DNA of 64,000 bases, taken from assembly GCA_951804945.1 (NCBI GenBank), contig OX638149.1, positions 52,762,001 through 52,826,000 on the forward strand. Reading direction: 5' to 3'. The notes below the pieces were generated by a model. That model was not told where the DNA came from. It searched no databases and was given only the letters and a program-made list of their open reading frames with translations. The stretch is from Podarcis cretensis (taxonomy: Eukaryota). A program made the translations under genes and the position numbers. Positions 1 through 12,115 of the stretch are shown one piece after another. The stretch's first letter is position 1, and every line of letters starts with the position of its first letter.

Positions 1-862
1 CAGTGGGTGGGGATGAAGCCAAATGTGGGTAGGACGCACTCATTCCTTTCTCCGCCCTATCTCTCATTTCCCCCTCCTTACTGCCTGCATGAAATTAGCC
101 TGATAGGTTTGTGCAGGATTGAAAACCAGGCAGGTTGCGTGAACTGTGAATGCCCTGGCTGTACCACAGATTCTAGGATGAACTGTGTAGGAACAATAGT
201 GCATGGGGGGATTTCAATTTAAGTGCACATAACTTCTGGTTTGAGGGCTGTATTATTATTGCTTATCATATTTGATGGTTTCTGCATTCAGCCATTTGGG
301 AAAAAAATGAGTTCTCTAGTGGATGTGTGCAGTGTTTAATTTTTTTAAAAGAGTTTTTAAAGTTGCCAATATTTGTTAATCCATCTTGAGACGCCTTCTG
401 TAAGTGGGGGAAAGTAACTGGTAGCACTTTGGCCTAATGAACCAGTATATTTTTTTCATTTATTTCCTTGATCTGAAACATGACCATACTTTTAGGATCC
501 CTCTTGAATACTCGGAATGCATACTGAGGAGTTCATTAAGTAGCACCCAATAGGTTGAGAGAGCTCGATGATCCTACAGATATGTGTAACTGTAGTGCCA
601 TAGTTAATTGCTAAATTACATCTTGTTTGAAGTACATGTCTATTCTGCCACTGCTGCCTGTCAGTTACACTTTCATTGTAACAGCTACTGTATCACACAT
701 AAGGGACAGTGCCGATGCAGTTGGCTTGGACCACCTATATTAATCCTTTGAAAGCCCGACAGTAAATGGATTTATACACTGTAAATTATAAACAAGTGTA
801 TATAGTGTTTTGCAAGTTAAATAATGTAATGCCTTGTATTTTTGTGTCTGTTTCCATGATAG

Positions 863-1036
863 AAAAGAGTGGTTGAACAGCTGCGGAAGAATTTGATGGT
901 AAAGCAGGAACAGCCGGACAGTAAGTTTCAAATACAACCATTGGCACAGTCAGAAAATAAAATACAAACTCCACAGCCACTACAGCTACAGCAGCAGCAA
1001 ACTACTGCAGCCTCTCCAAACCTGCTTGGATCACAG
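863..1036 (+). CDS. PHF21A: PHF21A coding exon ([11 protein letters not shown]...NLLGSQ)
   Basis: atag|AAAAGA acceptor, CAG|gtaaag donor, 174 nt, phase 0-0. Confidence 0.95.
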
Positions 1037-4000
1037 GTAAAGTGGTTGAAGGTGTTACACTAATTTTCAAAATGTATTCCTTTCTTAGAATGAAATGTAT
1101 CACTGTATAAAGAAGAGAACACAAAATCAGAGTTAACCTATCATAATCCAGTGCACACTTGCTAGAGAGTAAGTCATATTGAATTCAGTAAGGCTCAATT
1201 CTGAATCAACATGTGTAAGATTGTGCTACAAAGCTATCAGTAGCATTTAAGTGAAACAAGAGCACTTTATGAACTTGAGTCTAAGCATGGATCACTCCCT
1301 GCTTCCTCAGAAAGCTAAGTCAATTGCTGGATTTTGAAGTAACAGTATTATATGAATCTTGCATGCTTTAGTTTTTTATTTTTTTTTAGGACCCTCATGA
1401 TGAACTGATGTGCAACACTGCACATCAGGTTAACCAGGTTGTCTTTAACAGTTAAGGCACAGCTAATCTGTGCTAAGTGCTCTGAGTATACACTCTTGCT
1501 TTAAGAACTGGATCAGAATACAGTCCACCTTGCAGCATTTTCTGTAAGGAAATGGAAAATAATGTGGAATTGTCTTGAGTTTTCTCTTTTTGTGGAAATG
1601 ATTGCCTTCAGAAATTGTTAACTAGGGAACTACAAGTGTCCAGAGATCTTAGTTCAATATGTTTCAGCAGCATGAAACAGAATACCAGAAATAATAATAT
1701 AAAACCAAACAGGCTATAAACAAAGAAATACATAGAAAGGATCCACATAAACTGCCCCCCACTGTCTTCTCCCCACAAATACAATAACAGAGATTAATGT
1801 AGTTGCATCTATAATTGCTGAGGGCATTTGCTGCAATTTCAGTAAGCTTGAATCACATAGTCAGTTTAGAAAGCTAGTTGCTTGAATTAGCAAAAAATAA
1901 GTTATTTGTGTGTAGACATTTGGCAGTCTAGCTTCTGATATATGGCTTATAATGAGGCAGAGGAGAGTAAACTCTCATCTCAACAGGGAACAACTATTCC
2001 TCTTTCTGTTCTCAGCATGATAGAGACTATACTCTAGAGACTGGGAAATCTTACTGAAAATGGTGGCCCCTTGTTAAAGAAAACCCTTTCCCATCAGTAA
2101 CATGCCATGACACTGTGTTTCCCTATCAACAACAAAATATATGGAGCAGAAGCAAGGAAGTGCACAGGGTGATGACATCTGGACACATGCACAAGATGTT
2201 ACAAAGGAGGAGCTTGACATGAGGCATTTGTTTTTGGCATTTATTTCATTTACGGTAGTTCTGTTCTTGGAAACTTCGACTGGGGAGCCACAGCTCAGTA
2301 GCAGTGATGCTTTACATACACAAGGTTCCAGAGTCAACCTGTGGCATTTCCAAGTTAGGGTTGGGAAAGACTCCTGCCTGGAAATCTCTGGCATCTCCAA
2401 GTTAGGATCAGGAGAGACTACTAACTGGATTGCTTGAAAAATCACTGCTAGTTAGTGCAAATGCTAAGCTAAGTGCACTAGTGGTCTGACTTCATGTAAG
2501 GCAGTGTGTTGGCCCTTTTGGATGGCAGCATATCAGGGCATCATTGCTATTAATATATACACTTTTATCTCACTCTTCAACTGAAGAAAGGTCCCCGAAA
2601 AGGCTTACAGAGATCAATCTTTGCCCTTGGGCTTACAACTTAAACTAAGTGACACTAAAGAGAATGGGAATTGGTGGGAAGGCGAAGTGGAAAGCCAACT
2701 CGGTCATTAGTATGTTGTTACAAAGTTCTTATAAAAACCAACTGGAATGGAAGTAGTTCAAGGACAGAAAGCAAGCAAAAAAACTGCTGCCCCTCCTTTC
2801 CTTCTCTCCCTTGGTTTCATTCAGCATGATGGAATGGGCATTGCTAGATCATAGCTGGGAAGAGAGAAAGCTTCATAGGGTGGTGCACTTTCATCAGAAG
2901 AGGAGAAAGATCGGGATTGGCCTGCTATGAATATCCTACCATCAATTCATGTCTATACAGAGAATTGCAGGACAGTTGGTGGAATACTTACTTTTTAGTT
3001 CGCAAGGCTCTGATTTGTATGGGAATTGTTCACCTGGAAGTCGATATATATTACTGACTATGACCACTTCAGATATTGCTCTAGGAATTCAGAATTGTCG
3101 GACTCTCATCTGACTTTTCCACTTGATGTGCTTTTAAAGTAACTGAAGCAAAATAATATTTAAAATGTGAGAGAGCAAAGTGTGCATTAACAAGTATATC
3201 TTTCAGGTAGATTGTGAGTCATTTTTTAATTATTGGTGTCTGCTTTTATCTAGAGTTTTGACTGTAAAGGGACACTCATGTTCTTCTTTGTATTCTGTGC
3301 TGTGCACTTTGAGATTAACTTCCAGGTCATTTCTGCATTTGTACAAAGTTATGTTCAATGCTAAAGAGCCCTCTAGCGACACTGTATTGAAACTGCTTCT
3401 ACTCTTTCCTTGCCAGCATCCAATTAGGGTGTTTCTTGGAAAGCACTGAATCTGCAACCCGTTCCTTTAATGTGTATAGAGAAAACCAAGTTATAACTTA
3501 CGTTACACACACATGCATCTCTGAATTGTCTACTCGGAAATCTGCAATGCTTTCCAAATTAGTCTTCTTTAAAACTAGCTAAATATGTGCTTTCTCATTT
3601 GAAATAATTATAAACAAAGCATTTTCCACATTGTGCAACAACCACAATAAGTTCTTCAATAAGGGATTTTAGCAGACCTGATTATTTTTAGTTGTGGAAT
3701 GTCTTGTGTAAATCATAAGAACTAGTGAAAACACTGTCATAATAGTGATGCTAAAATGTAGTTGTGATGTGCTTTTACTGATTATGCTGAAAGCCCCTCA
3801 TTTTAGCCTTGATACTTTAGCTTTGAAATATCACAGGAAATTGAAGGTGTTTCAACAATATAAAATTACATAAAATACCAATTCAATTAACTCTGATAAT
3901 GAAAAAGGAACATTAGAGCAACAGCAAAAACAAAAAAACTCAATTCAATATCAAATGCTTGGAAAATTCTGCTAAAGTACACATTGCATCTACTTTGCAC

Positions 4001-7000
4001 CTCAGTGTTCCTGGTTCCATGTTTGCTGAGTACAAGCACACACACCCTGCTGCTCCTGCCCAGTACATTGTGCCCACTATTACAACTTTTGGTGGCCAAG
4101 GTTCTCAGACTCCTGTCTGCTACTGAACAGTTAGTTCAACACTCTGTCAAAGGCATTTCTAGGCAAATTCTCCTAAATTCCCTAGCAACCAAATGTCCAT
4201 CTACCTGGATTCAGTATTAGCCTGTTAACTCTTATCCATTTGACCACAGCCTACAAACACTGGTTCAAAACAAATCCCATTTGACACTGCCTATGGCATC
4301 GTATAGGTACACTAATGTTTGGGGGACATGGAATTGAGAAGAGACATGGGGACATTATATGCGCCAAAGCATGTACTATCAAGACATGATTGATTTCACA
4401 CACAGTTCACCAATGCATTAAGCAAGCCATGGCGTGGTGTTTCCTGTGTGGTTGCATGTCTATATGTGGAAGGTTTATTGAAAGTATTTATAAAGGAGTA
4501 GGCTGATTCCATACAGCTTTGACAGGTAAGAAATCGGTGTTTTAAATCTTCCCAGTTGCATTTCCCTTGCATTTCAGCTTCTGCTTTCTCACTTGTGAAT
4601 TTCTAGAGCAAACTCTGTCCAGTTTGTGATGAATAGGTTCCAAAGTGTTTTTTGTTTCTCTTAGAAGACGGTAACTACAGCTTCTATGATCACCACTAAG
4701 ACACTACCTCTTGTCCTGAAAGCAGCAACAGCAACCATGCCTGCCTCCGTTGTGGGTCCAAGACCTACAATTGCCATGGTGACTGCCATCAATAGCAACC
4801 AGAAAACTGTCCTTAGCACTGATGCACAGAACACGCCAGTCAACCTCCAGACAACAAATAAAGTCACTGGTCCAGGAACAGAGGCAGTTCAAATAGTGGC
4901 AAAAAATACAGTCACATTGGTAAGTGGTCTTTGTTGCCTAATGTTCTAAGGGTGTGAGCCATTTTTTTAAAAAATCCCTTGTTGAAACAGAGATGCATGC
5001 CCTTTGGGGCATATACAGGTATTGAGAAACTTTGTTTAATGTGAGAAAATAGTTTTGCTCTAATGGGTTTCAATTTTTAAAATAATTTACTACTTTAACA
5101 AATGATTACTATCATATCATACTTTTCCTTGGTGTGCTGAAAGATAATTGACAACGCACCTTCACTCCAACTTTTTACAATGCTCTGCTTGCCAATAAAG
5201 GCATGTAGGACCATGCATGGACTTACCTTATGTAGGCTATGGTTTTAAATGTATGTTCCCTTCACTGCTTATATTATAATTATTTTAATGAGGCTCACCA
5301 ACGTTGTCTATTTTTTGCTGCTGCTGGATCCACAAACACATCATCCTGCATGACGGGATCTAGCCAGCATCTTCCTCAACCTGCGAACCAGTCTTTCTCA
5401 GGGGCGCTTTTGTGACCAACTAGTAACTCTGATAATCAGTTTCACAAAGTACTAAGCAGTTGAAGCCCGCAGAAATGTAAAAAGTAACTTGAGTGGAAAA
5501 TATATCCTTGTGAGGGAGGCCAGGCATTTAAATGGAGTTTTGCTGTTTAAATAAGAATTGATCCAGAGCTGCAGCTGTAGTGAAATCCATTTATACCCTA
5601 AAGTATTTCATTCCCAAAGCAAATTACTGTATATGAAAACAGTGTTCTACACATTTAAGAGAGAACCAGAGTCCTAATGTACTAAATTATTTATCTAGTA
5701 CCTAACACTTATCCTTCCAGCATTTTTGAATATTATTGTTTATGCCCTCTTATCAAATATTTCAAACCATCCCCCCAAGTTATGAAGCCTTAGCACAATT
5801 AAGCATCATGTGCAGCTCCATTTGAATGGGCAGCCAAACCTGATTATTCTTTGTGGTTATTTGTAGCGCATTGACTCGTAAAACAAAGAGGAGAATTCAG
5901 AAATGTCAAGGATGAGGGCATATTTTTAAAAATAGTAGAGTTCTTGGGTTTTACATGCTGGTGAAACAAAAGGATACTTAGCTTCATTATGCCCATGAAA
6001 TGCCATTTTATTTCAGAATGGCTTGAAGAGCAAGAATCTATTTACTGTGAGAAAGGTAGGCTGTGCCTGAATAGCTTTGAAGTTGCTTATCACACCTATT
6101 CCCTTTGCTTAAATTTGTCTGCCTTCCCACCCGCCCCACTCTTATTGTTAGCAGGTTCAAGCTACACCTCCTCAGCCCATCAAAGTGCCACAGTTCATCC
6201 CTCCTCCCAGACTCACACCTCGTCCAAATTTTCTTCCACAGGTGAGTTTGTCCAAAACAGGAAAAGGGGTAGGAGTGGGGAGTTTGTCCTAAAAGTGTGA
6301 CTTTGATTGGAAGAAGTACAACACCAGATGTTTCGTATACTTGGTAATAATTGAACACTAACTAATATGCTTTCCAGATTAAATCTCCAGCTTTGCTATC
6401 ATATTTTTGTTTCCCTGTCAGCTCTCTACCTTGCACTAGTTCTGTAAGAACTGAATTAAAGACGAGATGATGAAGAAATGCCTTTCTTGTTAATAACCTT
6501 TATATTAATAACCTGAATATTTTTCATAGTTTCTTTGATTAAAGAGACCCTATTTAATGTGAATCCTTAGCCTTTTTGCTAAGCAAAACGTAACTGTAAT
6601 CTAATTAATGTAGTTTCTAGCTTCCTGCTCCTTTCTTCCAAAGAGGAGCAGATTTTATCTAGAAATAACTTGAGCTGCAACTTTTTGAAAAAAATCTGAT
6701 CTTTTACCCAAAGATGAAGGCATTATGTAATAGATTGTTTGCAGTATTTTAAATTACTAGAATTAATTTAGTTGCTCTTTCTCAGAGGATGCCATCTGTA
6801 TCTCATTGAAGCTACATCTCTTCTCCTACCCACACTGTTGATTTTTAATGTAGTTGTTATTCAAATTCCTAGTTGTAATGTCAACAATCATTACCCAGTT
6901 ATGAAAGAGAGGAAAGCGTGAAAATATTAACTGCTGCACTATAGATATGCCCATCCAATGCTCTAGTCACCTGCATTTAACCCAAAGAAAGTTAGATGGG

Positions 7001-10000
7001 CTCAAAAATGTAATCCCTGATTGGAGGAGAGGGCTGTGTAATTCAGAAACTAGCTACTCTTGCCAACACAGTTGATCTAATAATAAATTAGAATGCATAG
7101 CCATTTGTATCCAATTTAGACACCCTAGATTTTAGAAATACTTCAAATTAACAGACCTTTGAATTCCCCCAGATCTATCCAAAGATATTTTGGTAATGCA
7201 ATTGTATTTGATAACCTGCTTAGACTCCCCTCAACACTCAGTATTCCTTGAGAATATAGCATTGCAAGTTGTGCTTCCAGACCTGTGCTTCCAGAACCAG
7301 TATATCCTTTTAAAGTATGATTAACATTGAATATGTGAAGATACAAAATGAACATACAAAATGTAACATACAAAATGATGGCAGTATTGTAGAAATGTAC
7401 AAGAATGTGTGGTTAACATCTGCGCACTAGCAGTTAATGCATAGTGCAGCCATCACTAGCCTGGCAACTTTCAAGTGTTTTGGACCACAATTCCCTTCAG
7501 CCACAATCACAATGGGATATTGTGAAGGAGAATGAAAATTGTAGTTCAAAACCTCTGGAGGACAGTAGGCTGTGGAAGGCAAACACAGTGCAACAGTCAT
7601 AGCTGGAATTAAACAAGATTTGGGGTGGTTTTAAAAGTGTGGTAGGCCTGAAATGTATGTGAGGGTTACATTCCAGGGATCTACATGCAAAGACAAAATC
7701 ATTCAAAGTCAGGAAACCACACACCCAACCTGGAACTGCCTTCCTCTGCAAATAATTCCTACCCATCTTGATATCGGCAAACTGAGCGGGCAAGATCTTG
7801 GGAGCCTAGCAGAGCCTTCCTGGACCCTCATGCAACCTTCTGAGAGTCCTATAAGTAAGGCAGAGGGCTTAAAAACTCTTTCCATGGCAGGAAAACTGGG
7901 TGCTGAAAGAGCCTTGTTTTCCAGGCTTTGGAAGGTCACATGAGGGCTCTGGAGGCTTTTGTGAGAGATTGTGTGGCCCCTTCTGATGGTTTTTTCCAGT
8001 CTCCCACCCGCTTTCTATTTATTTTTTGGCGAAGTATGCTAGGCTGCAATTGTGTAAGTTTTGGGCCTACTGTAGTTCTTTCCAGTGCAGATGTGTAGCA
8101 CTATATAATACAAACACTACTGTAATCTGAGTCATATTTGTTGGCACAGCCATAAGTTATGTGTTAAGTACTATATCTTATCTATGCATGTAGTCTGATA
8201 TGGGTTTCTCTCTCTCTTATGTAGGTTCGACCTAAACCTGTTGCCCAGAACAACATTCCTATCGCCCCTGCCCCACCTCCTCCTATGCTCGCTGCTCCTC
8301 AGCTTATTCAGAGGCCTGTGATGCTGACAACAAAATTCACACCCACCTCCTTACCTTCCTCTCAGAATTCCATACACCCAGTCCGTGTAGTGAATGGGCA
8401 AACAGCAACCATAGCCAAAACTTTTCCAATGGCACAACTCACCAGCATTGTTATAGCAGCCCCAGGTACCAGGCTTGCTGGACCTCAGACTCTACAAATC
8501 AGCAAACCAAATGTTGAGAAACAGGTATTAGTAGTTTAAACTGTGAATTGTTTCCTTCTCCTAAAGTCAATAGAGATACAAATGCAATTAACCATAACAT
8601 AAGACCTGTCCTCTCATTGCCTCTCCTGTGGTTAGCAATCTTGTGTGACCGAGAGCAGGGGCTGTGCCCACTAGCCCTTCCATACCAGCCATCCCATCCC
8701 CTTCCACCACCACTTAGACTATCCATATGTTGGAGAAACCTGGGCAGGCTCCCTGCACAATTTGGAATAGGGATGGGTGGATCAGTCCATTTCCAGCCTG
8801 TGTCCATTTCCTGTGTGTGCTCATAGGTGCAGTCCATCCTGTTTCCATATTAAGCTGAGCAGTTTTTAAAAGACTGTCCAAAACTCTGCATTTAAATACA
8901 TAAATACATAAATATGTATTTTAATATCAAAATATGTATTTAGTTGTGTATTTTCCAAACTGGCGTTTGGAAAGCCTATTTTATCCTAAAGCAAATTCCC
9001 ATTTTTTAACGCATTTTGACACTTTTTTTTTGAACCAAGAACAATATTGCAAAATTTGGAGAAGTGCAAAATCCAAAGTATAATTTTGTTTCAATCTGTT
9101 TATTTAGTTTGGGAGGTGCATTTGCTTAAAAATGCAGGCCAAGTGAAATATTCCTGCATCCCAAATTTATAATCCTGATTTCACTGGATTCTATATCACA
9201 GGGGGTGGATACACATATAGGGTAGGCTCTCCTGTTCAGAGGTTTCTTGCAATGTATGGATGGGGCAGGGTTGGCAGGAGAGGACGCTGGTGGACAAGCC
9301 AGCATGTCACAGCACTGTTCTCTGTCTCATGCCAATCGTGAGATACAATGTGTGAATAGGGATGGTTGATAATACCTTGTTCCTCAGACAGGGATTGGGA
9401 ATGTACCAATAATTCATAATGAGTGAGCAGTTAATTTGTGATTTTATATATAGTACATCAGAATAATTAAAATTTACTCGTTTTGTGCTTTTTCTGCTGC
9501 TTCAGCATAAAACATTAACCATCAAATAATATTTATCCATAATCTTGCTGACATTTATGATGAGGCAGACATGCAGATGACTTAATTACCATCAGTTTCA
9601 GCTAACCTTTTGTAAGTAGTTTATAACACTGGACATTTGAGAATTTCCTCTAATTCCATCTATCAGATGTAGGCCTTTTTGTGCAAATGCACTTTAAACT
9701 GACCTTTGAGTCTACTGATCAAAAGCTTGCTTGGTTTCAGTCTTATAAGCTTGACAAATTTGCCACGAGCGGTTATTTTTTAAGTAGACAGAAGTGTGTC
9801 ACCTTTCCCCCCAAAACTTACATTATCGTCCTCTCTTCAAAACACTCTGAAGCATATGCAAGGTGATATGGCACTGCAAGAGGTGGTAATGTGCCAAGAC
9901 TGGCCACAACTCCAGACTTCATAGAAGCAAGGACCTTCAGCAAAAACCCTAGTGCTTAAATGTGGAAGAAAAGCCTATACATAGTACCAGTGCAGAGAAA

Positions 10001-10133
10001 CCGCCTTTCAGCCCTTATGTACTGAGGAAGGCTGCTTCCAGTCTGGTCATGGCTTTTCTTGTCATAAATAGGCAGAAAGTTTTCTCAAGTGTGAACAGAG
10101 CCAGACCTCTCTTGTCCACTTGCCAGTCTTAGG

Positions 10134-10174
<41 letters not shown>

Positions 10175-12073
10175 ATTTATTTATAATAAAAGGTACACCC
10201 TCCTACTTTTATTTTCTAAGGGAGATGTCCAAAGTGGCCACCATCATTTCAAATAAAACAATTAAGAAACAGGGTTTCATCCTCACTTGTCAAACCACTG
10301 GTCTAGTTTGCGCAAACCACAAACCATAGTTTAGTGTTAGGTTCTTGAGTTTCCCCCTCTGCTCTTCCAGCACAACTGCACTTATAGTTTTAGTTGTGGT
10401 TCATCCAAACAAGCAAGTAGGATCACACAGTCTAGTAAATGGGACCGAGAAGTAATGCAAAATAATTCACAATTTCAAACAATATGGTTCAAGTTATTTC
10501 TTCATGTTTCTCTTATTTCTGAGTGAACACATTGAAAACATATTTGTCATCTTAGAACAGATGGATCTAATTTTGTGACGTCACAGCTATGTCATAAAGT
10601 GGGAATCATTGGGCAGGCACTTATGATGCAATCTGCAGGGGATTATGACATCACTAAGCGAATGAGTTTCAGGAAAACCCAGCACTTGGGAATTCTGGAG
10701 AACTTATCTTCAGGCAAATTCTTGTTATAGTGAATAATGAATGAGAGAGATGCAAGGTGCATCTCTCAGACAGATTATTGTCTGGACAAGCTTTTCATGG
10801 AATGTTATTTCACAAAACGTTCTGCTTACCAGGTCTCTCTTATACGTAGCCCCTCTTATCCACAGCATGGATGCAAAGTTATTATTATTACATGATCTAG
10901 TTGCTGAATTGGGCTACTTAAGTGTTGCAGTTGTACACTTGATGTTCTAAGTAGTAATTTTTATTTGGGATTGTTTTCACTACTTAAAATTTACCACACT
11001 TTTTAAAGGAGCTCTTGGGGACAATATTTAGTGTATTGTTCGGATTCATTTCCATCCTTTTCTTCATTTTGGTAAAGAAAAACACTGACTGCTGTTTCTG
11101 TTTGTTTAGGAATTTAAGAAACCCATTACAGATAGGTAGCCGTGTTGGTCTGCCATAGTCAAAACAAAATAAAAGAATTTTTTTCCCCCTTCCAGTAGCA
11201 CCTTAAAGACCAACTAAGTTAGTTCTAGGTATGAGCTTTCGTGTGCATGCACACTTCTTCAGATACCCGTGTTCACTTGCTGTTGTTTCCCTTTCAGACC
11301 ATCAAGCCCCAAGCGGAAACAGAGGAGAAGCCAACAGAGATTCATACAGTTGCTCCTCCTGCACCACCCAAACCAAAACGAGAAGAAAACCCACAGGTAC
11401 TAGTACAAATATCTACAATATCCTTTTGTGGGGTTGGGCAGATTAAAAAAAAAAAAAATCTTTAGAAATGCTTATTTTCATCTACATTTTAATGCCACTT
11501 TTCCTCTTAAAAGAGATTCACATTCTTCACAGTGTTATTGCTGCAATGAAGAGGTCTATATGTCTGAGGAATGCTATATCTAGCCACAAATTCCTGTTCA
11601 CCAAATATTTTCAGGGCTGGAAGAAAGAATGCAAGAGCTCCTGACCTTATGAGAATGATGCATGTATGTAGCACTTAAGGGTGTTCAAAGTGCTTCATGT
11701 TTTCTTAGTAATTTTTACAATAACCCTGTAATGGAGGCCCCATATTCCAGAAAGGAGGCTGAAAGAATCTAGCCTTGCTTTAAGTTCTTGTCTAAGGTAA
11801 GGCTTGAACAGTGGCTTTTCCAGCTCGCTCTACTGTGCTATATACATAGAAATCCCAAATTGCCCTTAGCTCTTTTGAGTGTTCAGACTGCATCACGCAC
11901 GGCAACTTCTCCAATCCCACAGGCACATTTTAAACATGTTTCGGTTGGCCTTGTTTGGCTAAGGAAAAGTTGTATTCGCTGGCGCCTTGACTGCCCCTCC
12001 CCTTTGCAAAGGTAGCATGGGGGCTTAAGGATGTCCCAAGAGATTTTGTGCAAGGATGCCCAATACACTCATC

Positions 12074-12115
<42 letters not shown>

